DNA of 64,000 nt, from the NCBI GenBank assembly GCA_000708835.1, contig DF237064.1, forward strand, positions 62,001-126,000, in the 5' to 3' direction. The stretch is from Klebsormidium nitens (taxonomy: Eukaryota > Plantae > Klebsormidiophyceae). Position 1 is the stretch's first letter. Every line of letters starts with the position of its first letter. The notes under the pieces are model-generated. The model had not been told where the DNA came from and made no database searches. It saw only the letters and a program-made list of their open reading frames with translations. Shown piece after piece: positions 46,977 to 60,504 of the stretch. The position numbers and the translations under genes are program-made.

Positions 46977-49900
46977 ATGGCGCGTTCTCGTGAAAGACTC
47001 CCCCTTTCCTCAATCAGCCTGCTCCATACTCTCCCGCTGCCGAAAGATTTGACGGACTCTCTGACGGAGGCCCTGCGTCTTCCCAGCAGCAAGAGCTCCC
47101 CGCGCCAGCTGGCACCCGGCAGGACCCCCCTGAAACGAAAACCCGCGGACTACGCTGAGCGCGCGGAGCGGTACGCCATGATTCTGCAGCTGCTGAAAAG
47201 CGAGCCTGCGAAACCCCTGGCCCACAGGAGGAGCCCAGCTTTTGGGGGGCAGAAAGTGCCCGCGTTTTGGGGGGGGGAGATTGTTCAGAGAGCGGCGGCG
47301 GGGCCAGGCGCAACGCGGTTGAGTGCGGTAGAGAATGATGCTCCGAAGGCGGGGGGCAATGAGCATTCTGCTGGTGGAGGTGTGGGCACAGGCTCACAGA
47401 AGATAGCGGGAATGGACCCGCCAGGAAAGAAAGCTCCAGCGGAGCAGGAGTTGAAGGGTCCGCCCGTCAGTCATATCGATCTCACAGGTTTTCGAAGGGG
47501 GGGCGACCAGCGCCCGCGGCTGACAGAGAAGCCTCAAAACGTAGGTAATCCAGTGTTGCTGAGCTCAACTAGAAAGCAGGAGAGTGAGAAAGAAGTGAAA
47601 GGGGGTGGTCGAAAGAGAGAGGTGCGGCCGAAAGACAAGAGGATTGACGAGCGGTCTTTGGGATTGGGGGGTCAGGAAAAGGGGCGGAGGGAGGGAGGAA
47701 CTCTGGGGACAAGTGCAGGATTGGTGGGTGGACTCTCAACTGGTCGGTGGCCGATTCAAGCGGGGATTGCGCACATTGAGAGCGTGAATCGGAAGAAGCT
47801 GAAAGGAGACTTTGGCACATTGCAAGTGGAAGGTAGGTCAACCTGGTTCTCAAGATTTGTCGTGCCTATGTGTGAAGTGCACCTGTCTTTGGCGCTACCT
47901 TCAGGAAGCGGGAATAAACTGAGCATATGTACAAGGTTCGCGCTTTAAGGCCTGATCGGTCCAAACCCAAGTCTTGCTCTAAGCTGGTGTTGTGCGCGTA
48001 CCTGCTCGTGACACTTCTTACTGTTCTTGCGACTCTGCAAAGAAGAGAGAAGGAGGTTTCGGCTGTTTGTCGCCGTTGCGCACTTGGCTCAAGCATTCAA
48101 GAGTACGTCGTGTGCATATGGATCTGGAAAAGCGCCAATGTGGGCATAAGGAGGCCGCTTTCGACCGGTCAAATATAATCCTTTATGCAAGAACATGCTT
48201 GACAAACATGGTGAGGCAAAGATGGGGGCTGATGGAGGGCTCTCACCGCACATACACCGAGTCGGTTTCTTCAAAGGTATGCTCACTTGACCACACGTCA
48301 AGCATAGTGTGGAGCACCGTAACCAGATATAACCAACTGGTTAGCTTGCTAACTGTGTATATTTCTGGGGCCACAGGTGGCAGCCCTCCCCTGAGCCCCA
48401 CAACCCAGGAAGCCGCTCTCCTGGCAGAGCTCGAACTGCTCAATCGCCAGCTGGAAAGCGTCCGGATTTCGGAGCGACTCGGGTCAGGATCCAATTCGGA
48501 CAAGCCCGTAGCTAAGAGACGGCTTGCGTATGTCAGCCACGGCGAGAGCGGGGTACCGGAGCCGGGTGCGGATGTGCATGAGGGAGAAATTGGGGGATCC
48601 CTGGAGCGGCGTGCGGGGATCGACGCAAGCGCAATCGAGGCCTTTGCAGAGGCCGTGAAGGCGACGGTTGGGAAGAGTGGGAGGAAACTAGAGGCGGGTA
48701 CGAAGAGCGGAAGGAGATCGGAGGCCGAAGAGAACAGCGTGGGGACAACAAAGGGGGGACGAAGGGAGGGAGGCAGATTTGAGGAAGAACAGGGAGAGTT
48801 ATCAGAGGCGGGGAGAAATTCTAGGAGGAGATTAGAAGAGGCCGAAGGAAAGAACAAAAGTCTGGAGAAAGAAGAAAGGCGCACAAATGATGTCATCGCG
48901 AGGAGTTTAGCAACTCGAAGAAGGTTTCCGTCAACAGCTTCCAACGATTTAGAGAGTCGGAAGAATAGCAACACCTCTGGGCAGCGCGGGCGGCTAAGCA
49001 CTGCCGACCAACCCAAAACCCCAAAACCCCAGCTTCCAAAAACGCCGGACTCTCGAGCGGTCAGCCGAAGAAAGTCCCAAAGCGACGGCGTCTCAGAAGC
49101 ACGGCTGTGCGCCAGTGAGATGCTCGAGCCCATTCCGGCGGCGCGCCTTCGGCGGCACTCCGGAACCTCTGAGCGGAATTGTTGTTCCGCTGTGGAACCG
49201 CTGCGGAACTTCAGGACGCACCGTTCGTCTGGGAGTTTTCCTGGAGTTGCCGTCGGGAAAGCGGCGAGAAAGCCGTCGGTACCGGCCGCGCAGAAAATCG
49301 ATAAGGAGCGACAAAGATCCGGGCCCGCGGATCAACGAGGATCCGAAGGGACTTCGAGCAGCGCAGCGGAGTCCGGGATCGTGACTGGAGCGGAACAACG
49401 AAACGGAAGAGAAGATCGAGCGCAGCCAGCGGATGCTTTTGAAAAGGAGAGGAAACTTCAGTCCCATGCGACCGGTCTGAGCTCCCGGGTGAAGGCGGAG
49501 GGGACGGCAGCACACCCGGGGGAAAGGGCGCAACTAGAGGTGGCGGATCAGACGGTCAGGGCGTTGCCCCAAGAAACGGGGAGCGGTCGAGACGACGGTC
49601 AGCTTTTGGAGCAGGAAGGAAGTGAAGCGGTTAGTGCGGTTCTGATGGACACAGTTCCGTCGTCTGCCACGAGCGGAGCCAACGGAAGAGCGGGACCGGA
49701 CAAGCCCCTGTGCGTCTTTGTGAGGTTGTCGCAGCTGGCGGGGCGGCGGCGGGCGAGCAGCGTCACTGATGGGCGCCACGTGGCAGCACCGGAGTTTCTC
49801 ATCACCGCTGCGCAGGGGGACGAAGTCTGTTTGCCGCACTCTGGGCGGAGAACTGAACGGCGAAGGGCGGTGAGCCACACGTCGGGAGAGCGCCACGTGG

Positions 49901-50844
49901 CAGTAGGAGAGGCCGATGCAACACTGGGGGACCAGCAAGTTCCGGGGCCGGAGTCTGCCGCCTCTAGTTTTGTTGTAGAGTGGCCTAGCGACTTGGAGAT
50001 CAGCTCGAAAGCAGCGGCCCGGGCGGAAAGCGGTGGAGGCGTTCTGGCGACGGAAGAGCGGGCAAGGGCTGAGGGAGCGTCGCCAGAAAGGTTGCCAGCG
50101 GTCGAAGCGAGCTCGGACGGTGAGGCGCTCGCGGCTATGTACGAAGTAGAAACAGGGAGCGAGGAAAAGCGGTCGGGAGATAACCCCGAAGACGCCTGGG
50201 GGGAGTTTGTGGGCGCTCAAGAAGATATAAACTCGTCCAGCGGGTCGCCAAAAGAGGAGCCTGAGAAATTGGGAAGTACCACAGGGTGGTCCAGGGGAGT
50301 TGCTGACGAGGAGATGTATCTCTGCGCGGAGCGCGCGCGGCTGCCGAGAGTAGAAACGCTTTTCGAGACGGGTTGGGACTCTGAGGGGGAATCTAGGAAA
50401 GCGGGAGAGAGCGCGCGGCAGGGGGGCCGCGCGCGCAGGGGCGGGGTTTCGGGGTTTTGGAAGCGGGTCGAGACCAAGGACGTGGAAGAGGCGGGTTCGA
50501 CCGGGGTCTCGGGCCCGGCGACCGACGGAGGCCCCGCTGAGAAGTCGGCTGCATCCAGCGACGATGGATCGCCGGGCCCCGAGGGAGACGTTTCCCAAAA
50601 CGGGGCCTCGGTGGCGAAGCTCGTCGCCCAGTTCGAGCTCCTCTGGGCGGAACCGTCAGCTCGGGATGATGACGTAGCAAGTGACGTCAAGTTGGTGGAG
50701 TCGACTTTGTTGGAAGACTCCGTGGAAGGTGAGGCGGAAGCGGGGTTGAGCGGAGCGGAACCGGTGTGGGTCCAGTGGGAGAGGGAGTTGCTGGAGACGA
50801 GCAGCCGGGAACAGAGTCCTCGGAGACGGACATGGGACGCATGA
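46977..50844 (+). CDS. Large, probably intrinsically disordered hypothetical protein; 2 exons (46977-47832, 48377-50844), about 1107 aa
   Basis: Two long ORFs join in phase through GAA G|gtaggt...ccacag|GT GGC. The sequence is S/E/G/R/A-rich with one short coiled-coil-like segment. No domain recognised. Confidence 0.6.
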
Positions 50845-53800
50845 AGATGGACAGCGGATTAACAGATCAGTGGAGCTTGCCAGAGCGTTCGATGTTTCTA
50901 TGTAGACGGACGTTGCTCGCCGCGAACTGTTCATGATTCGTAGCGTCCTTGAATCGACCCGAATTGGGCGGAGATCGAGTACATTAAAATGATTCTCGGG
51001 CGGCAGAAATCCACATCATTTACTAGTAGCAGCCTTCGTTCCCTGGCCCGACGTTCCCATGAGCAGCTGGCCGGCTGGCATCTGGTCTTGCACTGTTCGA
51101 CAGATGCAGTGTGTTTTAAGGAGCAAGTGCCAGTGACTCACTCATGCAACATTATCATTGAATACACTCGGTTCTCTGTAATATATCGTAGCATTTGACA
51201 TTATCGGCCATGCCTAAGTTTTTTATTTTAAGCTGAGCCAAACAACAGGCGCTGAGACGTGTCACGAGCGGCAGCCTGAGTGCCAACGGTCTGTCTACGA
51301 CCTACGTGCCCGCCCGGCGCTGAAGCCTGATGCTTCCCGCGCGTGGTTGGTGTGCGCCCAGATGACTCGACGCGCAGCGCTCAAAGTTTTTGATGTTAAT
51401 ACCAAACCCCTCCAAGGAGAACGGTGAATTAAGTGAGATCTAACCCTCCTGGCTCACGGCTAAGGCCCCTGCGCTCGCGTCTCGCCCCTTTGTTAGTTAT
51501 TTCGTCCAGCTGACTGGCTGTGCCAGTCAGACCAATGGTACGTTAACTCAGGTCCGGTTCATGCGCGCTCGGCTGCTATGCGCGCTCTCACGCATCGGGT
51601 ACCCATCAGTAATGAGGCTGAGGTGGATAGAACGTCCATGCTCATGTTTCTCTTGTTCTGTCTCATCGTTGGAAAGCAACCGCCAGGGCACACACGACGA
51701 ACAGTTGCTCGCACCATATTGCCTGATCATTAAGTTAACCTGAGACTGAGTTGTAAGCAGTTGAGATCATTCGAACTCTCACGTCCAAAAACGAGGTTCG
51801 CTTGCAGGACACATGAGACATCTGAGATGTCTGATGGGCCGCGGCTGGCATGCATCGAGATTAAGTGTTTGACGTCGACAGTATTGCGGAGGACTGGGAT
51901 TTGCAGCGCCTAGCATGCGAGGCAACATTCAAATTTCAGAGTCAGAGTTGGATGTTCCTTGCACGGACCTGTGCTACTCATGCACACGCATGCTACGAGT
52001 CTAGCTAATTTTGGAAGCAATCATGTCATAATTTGCCAACGTCTTGGAACTTTGGCACAAGTCAATATGTTTCCCTCAAATATATTGATCAACATTAAGT
52101 GCAGTACTCGAATCCGATGCTAGCCGGGGTTATCCGTTGCTTTTCCATCTAGTCAGCGCGTGCTGCGTGCCCACGGGACTCTCGCGACTGCAATTACGTA
52201 TACGAGACAGTTGCCGGGTTAAACCATGTACTTCAGTACTTCCATCATATCTAGGTTTCAAGTATCTTGTCCTGACCGGACCTTGACGCCTCGTATCTCT
52301 AGAGACTTGCAGTCCAAAGCCTATGGTGCTTATCACGTGACTGCAGCTTGGCGGCACATACCTATATCAACTCTGACTTTGAGGTTTGATAATCCTAGCA
52401 AATGTCTACAGGGGTGTGTCGTTAGAAGATGACGGCACTAGTCGGCGCCGATGCCATCATGACGCCAAGGCTGACCTTCATTCCTGTTGGCTCCCGGCCA
52501 GCGGGCAATGATAACATCAGAGCCTTGAGTGTGATTGATTCCCACCGACTCATACCCACATACCTACCAGAAGCAAAGTGAATTCGTACGTAGTTCCATC
52601 TGATTTCTTAAGTACACTAATAAACCGGGCATCTTGTGCACGACGCGCCAGCGGCCCAACCGGCCCAAATGAACTGGTCGCCGTATGGCAATGAACGACT
52701 CGTTCACCTGCGCTTGCCAGACTGCTCATATAAATTAGTACGGTAATACCGGCTTCACTATCCGACTCTGCCTAGCTGTCACACGTACTTAGCAGTACTG
52801 AGATCCTACTCATGCTCATCACCCGTATCTACCTATCGTACACCCGTATGAACCATGGTCCATGAGTCCATGCGTGCTGCTTGCAGTCACTTGACTTTTG
52901 TAGTTGCATCATGTGCACATGGCTTTTGAAAGATTCCCGAACTGAAAGTGCCTCGAACAGGCTGGCCTCTCAGGAGTCAGCTGGCTGTCCCAGCGGCCTC
53001 CGGAGTTTAGTGGACTCCTTCGTGACTGCAATCGATTGTCCGCGTAGCAGGGCAAACTCCAAACACACCATCCCTTAATACCTATAATAAGCCCAATATT
53101 GGGACTAAAACAACTTGTTAGCAGCTAACACTAGAATCCTACACCCGAATACTTACCAGCTTTTTACACGTGTTCACGCTAACCCCCTAATACAGCTAAC
53201 CACAACTGAACCAGGAATGTGATTTTAGCTTTACTACAAATCAAGTCGTGTAAATGTGGAACTGACACACGGCGGTTCGGGCTGGGGCCTCCGAGTCGGA
53301 GGCCCAGGGAATTCCGGCCGCCAGCGGAATGTTTGCTTACGGACGCCGGTCCGAACGGCAACCTAAAGGCCGAGTCATGCGGACGTCGAAACATCTTGAC
53401 ATTTCACAAGCTTCAAGCTGGAAGATCCGCGACGTCGAAGCCCTGAGTGATTTGCAAGTGTCAGGCAAAATCTGGACACAATCCACCCAAGCCCTCAAGA
53501 TCGCGATGATTTTGGCATCTTTCAGGTCGACGTGGGTACTTTGGAAAAGATTCCTTTTTGAACTCTGACACCTTCGTATTACCTACGGTAGGTAGCTCCT
53601 TATCAAATTTGTGGACGGGATGCGGACCCCGGGCTAATATTACCAGGACGTTCTGGGGCTTCCGTTTCAACTGGGGGCATAGATGGCCCAGTTGAATATG
53701 GAAAACATTGATGGAAAGAAACCAAAAGATTCCTTTTGAACTGTCGACACCTCACAAATATGGCAACACCCTCTTAGAATCAGTGAGGACATCTCGATCC

Positions 53801-54933
53801 CGGCCGCCAGTCTGTCGGAGGGGAATCAAGTTATTCTTTCTCGCCGGCGCCCGGGGGCCGGGCCAACTTTTTGTGGGGTTGAAAGCAACAGCCGGTTAAG
53901 CTAGCCTTGACCCTGCCCGAGGAACATATAGGGTTTGCAGAGCTTGATGACTCATGAGGTCTTCTAGGAATATTTCGAAAGGCTGTCTTGAATCTAGAAT
54001 ATCATGGTTAGGGGTCTCGGTTGTAAGGTAGGTTCTGTTACCTCAAATCGTTTCGAAGAGTTAGGGCCATCCCCTGGGCCCACTGCAAATCCTTTAGGGT
54101 TGCGCTGTACTGTGTACACCTCGGATGACGAGCGGCCGGTTCTTACAATTGGCTATCCTGTTTATCAGGAGACAGGGATTGCCTAGAAGTAGGCAGGTGC
54201 TACCTGCCACGCTATCTGGAGATACAAAAGCAATCCTGTAGGCTATCTCAGCCTATAGGGATTGCACTGTGCAGCTTGCTCAATGCTGCCCGTGGGAGAG
54301 GCTCGGCAGGACTTTCAGGTCGACAAGATTATTTAGTCTATTTTTTGTGCACTTTTCCTGTTCAAAACCAACTGAAGGCCCCACCTTGATCAGATTTTAG
54401 AACGATCAGAAATCGTTCATCGACGCATCTCAAGCGGCCCCAACAGGAAGCAACCAACTACCAAGTGAGGATCTCCAAGGTAAGCACGCCAGTATGCTGG
54501 GTCTTTGCTCGGCGCGGTTTCTTGTGTATCCTCCACATTGTAATCCTCACTGCCAGCTCAGATACAACCGTCTGTGGTGATGACTGGTAGCTCCAATGTG
54601 GGCATGGTTCTGTATGATATGTCGATCACTGGTCTTTTACGGTGTGACATTCTTCCACCGGCAGGGCCACTTTGCTCTGAGAGGCGTTAACCTTTTCCAC
54701 ACAACCAGTACCTTCTTTACATGACATTCAGTTGACACTATTTAAGGTGTCCAGCTGATCAGACCAAGTCCTCACCTAAGGCCGTTCCCGCTGAGTCCGA
54801 ATTTGCAACTAGTTCCATTTTCCGCGAAAGCCTCACAGCTTCGTCCATCACACCATGCTGAAAGATATATCAACCAAACGGAAACAGAATGAAGCAGCTG
54901 AACACTTTGCCTCCGCTGTGCAGAACCGCGATC

Positions 54934-57900
54934 ATGGGTGCCTTCCCCGGAATGGAGCAGTATCTGTGGATGGTTGTGGCGGGAGCCTTTGTGGCTTTCG
55001 GGTTCGGGTGGGGAACTGGTAAGGCCAGCCTCTTTTCTTGTCAATAGACAGACAGTAGGGCACTTGTTAATAGATAGGCTGTGGAGCACTCGTTATTAGA
55101 TAGGCCGTGGAGCACTCGTTATTAGATAGGCCGTGGAGCACTCACCAAGTCTTGTGGTTTGCGCCACTTTTGCTTTCCTGCAACTTCCTGCTGTCATGTC
55201 TCTTTTGACTTACTGTTGCAGTAGTGCTGTGTCTGGGCTTACCTGAGTTACTAAGAGCTGGGTAAAGAACCTGGTGTCCTGACCAACAGTGATCCCTTTT
55301 GCTGTGCATGGGGTTGAAGAGTTGCATAACGTCTGGATGGCAACTTTCACTGACCTCAGTTGCTGGCTGCAGGGTCCAATGATGTGGCCAACGCTTTCGG
55401 AACTTCAGTCGGTGCCAAGACCCTGTCCCTGCGCCAGGCTGTCATCGTAAGGTTCAGATTGTTTGTTCTTGACTTTAGTGAACTTAATGCGTCTGAGATG
55501 TTGCCATCCCATACTGCCGCTACCAAGTCATGGCGCAGGATCACTCCTATGTAGAGATTGGTACCCTATCTCTGTACACACATCGACGACGTCAGCAACT
55601 CCTGTGATTGTATTGCTTCAAGTGGGATGATCGTTGCCAGCAATAAATCCGGTCATGCTTTAGAAGCAAGCCTTCTACTGGGCTGATTTTTTTGCCTTGT
55701 CAAGTCCAAGGTCCTGCCTTTTGAATTAGGGGCATGTAGCCTGGGCAGTATGAGAGCAAAATCTACGTTATCATCCATGTCGTCCACCAAGCACAGTCTC
55801 ACAGAACTGAAAGTCCTCCGTCTGCAATGGCCCCACCTACATCTCTCCTACTCCAAGCTTTCCTTGAGACATGACCCTTGTGTTTTCTCGGAATGAACCC
55901 CCCCTTTTCTCCGTCCAGATTGCCTCCATCTTTGAGTTCGGTGGAGCTCTGCTCTTGGGTCGTGTCTCCACCAACACCATCGCGGGAGGTATTGCCGATA
56001 TCAACTCTTTCCTGGAGGACCCCGAGGTGTATGCGTACGGCATGATCTGCGCCCTGCTCGTCGGTACCGTCTGGCAGGGACTGGCCTCCAAGATTGGAGT
56101 CAACGTCTCTGCCACGCACTCTATCAGTGAGTGTTCATTGCCGTAACTCATCATGCACTGCTTAGGTGTGGGCATGCTTTTGTGAAGGTTTTCACTCCTC
56201 AGGGAAGTGGCTGTGTGTGAGCTTTCAGCAAGACCTTGAGATGGCTTGCTTCATAGAACCCTACGATAAAAATCTTCTGAGCTCTTCCTTGGCAATCAAC
56301 CCTGCCAAGGTCTGGGTCACACTTAATTCCAGGTCTGTTGCAATCAATCAGCAGGTTGATTGAAGGGTGACTTCACCGGCCACTTCTCAGCGGATACCAC
56401 CTCTCCATAACGGTCACTGTCTTCCAAAAGAAGTTGGCACTGTTCAGCTGCATACTGGTTGGTAGTGTGGTGTTCACCTCCTTCCCGGTGCAACTAACCA
56501 TCTCCTCTTCACCCTGCAGTTGGAGGAATTGTCGGATTCGCCCTCGTCTGGGGGGGCAGCGACGCTGTCATCTGGGCCCAGAAGGCCGCCCCCGGGGAGG
56601 TTGCTTTCCCCCCCTACAAGGGTGTCATCTCTATTATCCTCGCCTGGTTCATTGCCCCCCTTCTCACTGGATCCGTTGCCGCGATTCTGTTCGGCACCCT
56701 CCGCTTCCTGGTTCTGCGGAGGGCCAACGCCTATAACCTGGCCTTCTTCGTGTTCCCCCCTCTCGTGCTCATCACCACATGGGTCAACATGTACTTCATC
56801 TTCACCAAGGTGGGTGCAGCTTGTCTGCGCAGAATTTCTTGACCCAAACTGTTTCTGTCACAATGCTCAACGCTTGGCTTTGCTTGATTCTTCTGCACTT
56901 GGGTGCCTCCTCCAGGAGAGCTTGTTGGGTTTACGCAATCAGATGAGGCTTCGCAGAAGTGATGCCAAAGTAGTGCATGTCTCTTCTGCAGTCGTGCGCA
57001 GAGTCACACACGTTTATGCAGAGTCTGTATGCCTGGGCCCACTGCTGCACTCTGTCGCACACAGCAGATAGGTAACGCAGACAAGAAGTGGCGCCAGTCG
57101 CATACCTTATGACACTGCCTAGGCTTCTGAATTAGCGTCCACTGCTGACGTCACAGTCCATTGCTGACGTCACAAACATCGCATGTGCAGGGTGCCAAGA
57201 AGGCTCTGAGCACCGGCGACGAAAGCTGGACCGACACAAAGGCCGTCTGGGTCGCTGCATGCATCGCAGCGGGCGCTGCCGTTCTCATGGCTCTGGCCAC
57301 GCCTCTCCTCAAGAAGCGGGCCGACTCCCAGTTCGATATGTAAGCCCTTCGTCTCACAGTTTCCTGTGGTCTCTAGCAAGAACTTTTGAGCTTCTGCGCG
57401 GTCTGCAGCTTCAAGTGAAGCGAATGGAGTGTTATGCTGACTGCAGCCGTCGATGATTTGGGAGTACGTCGAACCCACCTGTTCTGTTTCAGAACAAGAT
57501 GAGGAGCCGCGTTTTGCGTATCTGCTGTAAGTGAGACAAGGGTAATTATGCACGTACTTGCATGAAAGTTTCGTTCGTTTCACACGGGTGGGGTGGGGGT
57601 CCAAGTCTTCCCAGTTCGAGATAAATGACAGAACGGATTCTAGAATGATGACGGAGTCAGAACGTTGACGTTTCCAAAATGGTGACACTGCCAACAGAAT
57701 ATTTGTAAAGAAACTACTGAAGTCTCTACAGGAATGCACTCTCTGGTACGAGACACTCAAGCACCGTTTTCTCCCTGCAGTGAGGGCAAGCGCATCCCAA
57801 CGGCCGCCCAGCAGAAGGAGATGGACGACATCGAGTCCCCCAAGAAGATCGGCGAGGAGGCCCCTGAAGGCCACCAGTCCGTCCTCGGAAAGGCCAAGAC

Positions 57901-60348
57901 GGCCGCGCTCTACGGAACCAGCTACAACATCCACGCGATCATCGATACCGACGCCGCAGTGCACAAGATCCACGCCGGGGCGGAGGTCTTCGAGGAGCGC
58001 GTCGAGTTCGCCTTCGGGTATCTGCAGGTACGGTTTTAGCCAGAGCGATTTAGTCCCAGTCCTTGTGTAACGAGGTGGGCTTTGAACGAGGGTCAAAAGT
58101 TTTGAAACGGATGAAACTGTGATTATTTTGCCTCTGGTAATTCTTCTTGTGTGCACAAGAACCTTGTATGCTTCTTGTTGGTTCTTGTTGGTGATCTCGA
58201 ATCCTGATGCATTTCGCGTGACTGAAACACGATCTCATCGTGTCATCCCGTCAAACGCCCTCCACAGACAGTGGACTGCCCTCGTCCAGCCGTTCACCAC
58301 CTCCTGAATTCGCTCATCGCCCTTGCAGACCGTCTGTTCCCTTCTGAAAGGTTGCTCAGAACCTAAAGTTTCCAACGACTATGCGACATCCTTTTTTCTA
58401 ACTCCCTCTTTAACCCGCTTTTTAAACCCGCTTTTTAACCCTTTCCCAGGTCTTCTCCGCCATCTGCGTCATCTTCGCTCACGGCGCCGGTGAGGTCGGT
58501 TACATGGTTGGGCCTCTAACCACCATCTGGGACGTGTATCAAAAGGGTTTCCTCGCCAAGAAGGTCGACCCCCCTTTCTGGGTCGTCATCATCGGTGCCT
58601 CCGGTCTGGTTGTCGGTCTCGCCACCTACGGGTACAACGTCACCAGGACCATGGGAGTGCAGCTCGCCAAGATCACCCCCGCCCGCGGCTTCTGCGCTGA
58701 GCTCGCTACCGCCGGAACCATCATGTTCGCTGCCCAGTAAGTCCACTTACAGACGTTTTCTTGGATTCTACTGTTCGACCTCTTTCGAAGGCTCAGTGAC
58801 AGTAAGAAGCACCGATCAACCCGCAAATTGATCAACCACCAATAGACTTGTCAATCTATTATTTCAGAAAACTGCCTTAACCAGGATTGTGAGCGAAGCT
58901 TTCCGGTATTCACGACATTTTTTGCCTCTTTAACCTAACCTTACCTTCTTGGAGTGACGACTCAGTCCTAACCTCTTTGGAGAGACGAGTCTAACCTACC
59001 TGCTTCTCTTTTTCAGGTACGGTCTCCCCACCTCCTCCAGCCAGTGCATCACTGGTGCCATCGTCGGTGTTGCTCTGCTCGAGGGTGCCAAGGGTGTCAA
59101 CTGGAAGATCTTTTTGACCCAGTTCGTCTCCTGGGTGCTAACCCTGGTCGCCGTGGGTGGCTTCGTTGCCCTCATCTTCGCTCAGGTGCGTTTCTGAATC
59201 GTTTCTGATAATTTACAAACTTCAAATGTTCTCCGAAAACGTTCGGCTAGTTTGGCGTGCAAGTTGCAAACCTTAGGCATCGATCGTTTCCCGTCCGTCA
59301 GAACTGGCTGATTATACTTATGACTTTTTGGCTTCAAACGATGGAGAATGCCCTCATTTGCAGAATAATGGCCTGCAAGGTTGCCTTTCCATGAGCTTCT
59401 CGTATTCTTGGGTGTCACAAGCTGTGCCGAGCACTAAGAAGTGGCGCTGATTTTGCATACAAAGTGAAGGTCAGATTCATTCCCCTTCCAATCCTAACCC
59501 AAGACCTTAACCGGACTCTGCTAACCTCCATATTTCCTCCATTCCAGGGCATTTACGCCCCGTCCCGCCAGGCCCTGACCCAGCAACACCAGTACGAGGT
59601 CCGCGTCAGCAACCTGACAACAAACTTGTACAAGGACTTCAACTCATCTCTGTACAATTACCGCGCCGGTGCCACCGCGGGGGCCCTCCCCACGCTTTCC
59701 GCCGCCCAATGGTCGACTTTCAACTCGAGCGTTGCTAAGGCGTCTTCCACCGCCAAGGGTCTGGTCGACCTCAAGAAGAGGCAGACTGGTAAGGGAACAC
59801 TTCTGACTTGGTCTGGTTCGAGAAAGATCAGCTGAACGATCGTGCCGACCGAGTGGAGCTTGTCGTGCCTTTCAAGTCCTTTGATTGAGTGGCCCTTTTA
59901 AAGTTGCCCAATGGCCTTCTTTTCGAAGGGCTCTTGAGAAACTTCTGCCAAGTGAACCATCGAAAATTGGTAGAGATTTTTCTTCATTTTGCGTCTAGGT
60001 GATCTGCATAGAAACAAGCGACCACTCCCCTTTCCAGAACAGTATTGCAACGTGCCTGTCATTCTGAGGTTTATGAGCATCAAATTCTTAGCTCAGTTGA
60101 CATAATCTATCTTTTCAATCTTAGCCAAGCTGACACGATCTATCTTTCTTGCAGTCGATGCCGGTGACATCTTGACGAACCTGTACAAGGCCATCGCGCT
60201 GTACCAGCAGAACACCGTGTTTACCCTGGGTCAGGCCACCGTTTTCAACGGCTCAACCGGTTGCAATGCCGCCTCCAGCGCAAACTCCGCCGCTCTGTGC
60301 GCTGCGCCCAAGCTGTTGCCTACCGCGTATCAAACCCGGTTCCCTTAG
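54934..60348 (+). CDS. PTB: PiT/PHO4-family phosphate transporter of the algal PTB (Na+/Pi symporter) type; 10 exons (54934-55018, 55373-55446, 55919-56126, 56520-56809, 57191-57339, 57781-58027, 58450-58736, 59017-59185, 59548-59788, 60155-60348), about 647 aa
   Basis: N-terminal PiT signature GSNDVANAFGTSVG, FEFGGA, VSATHSIIGGIVG, second repeat FAHGAGEVGYMVGPL, ITPARGFCAELA and LPTSSSQCITGAIVG. All junctions are in phase. Confidence 0.92.
55066..55143 (+). repeat. 26-bp minisatellite x3 in PTB intron 1
   Basis: gtta(a/t)tagataggc(t/c)gtggagcactc occurs three times head-to-tail with no spacers. Confidence 0.9.
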
Positions 60349-60487
60349 GTTTAGACACGGGAACATTTAACAAGACGCGCGGGCTTCCGAAAGATTTGGA
60401 TTACAGACTTGGTCCTCCGCAATACTCCCCTCGCTGCAACCCCCCTCTCTCCTCTCATATAGACCAAGCCCCCCTGAAGGGGTTTGG

Positions 60488-60504
60488 TATATATATATAT
60501 ATAT
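60488..60504. repeat. (TA)n microsatellite downstream of the PTB stop codon
   Basis: tatatatatatatatat. Confidence 0.9.

Noticed and set aside
48243-50690. Several long minus-strand ORFs (296, 354 and 157 aa)
   Set aside because: Antisense to the 950-aa ORF in GC-rich sequence, with no independent features.
55066-55143. 26-bp repeat x3 as a possible CRISPR array
   Set aside because: Units are head-to-tail with no spacers, lie in a eukaryotic intron, and have no cas genes nearby. It is a minisatellite.
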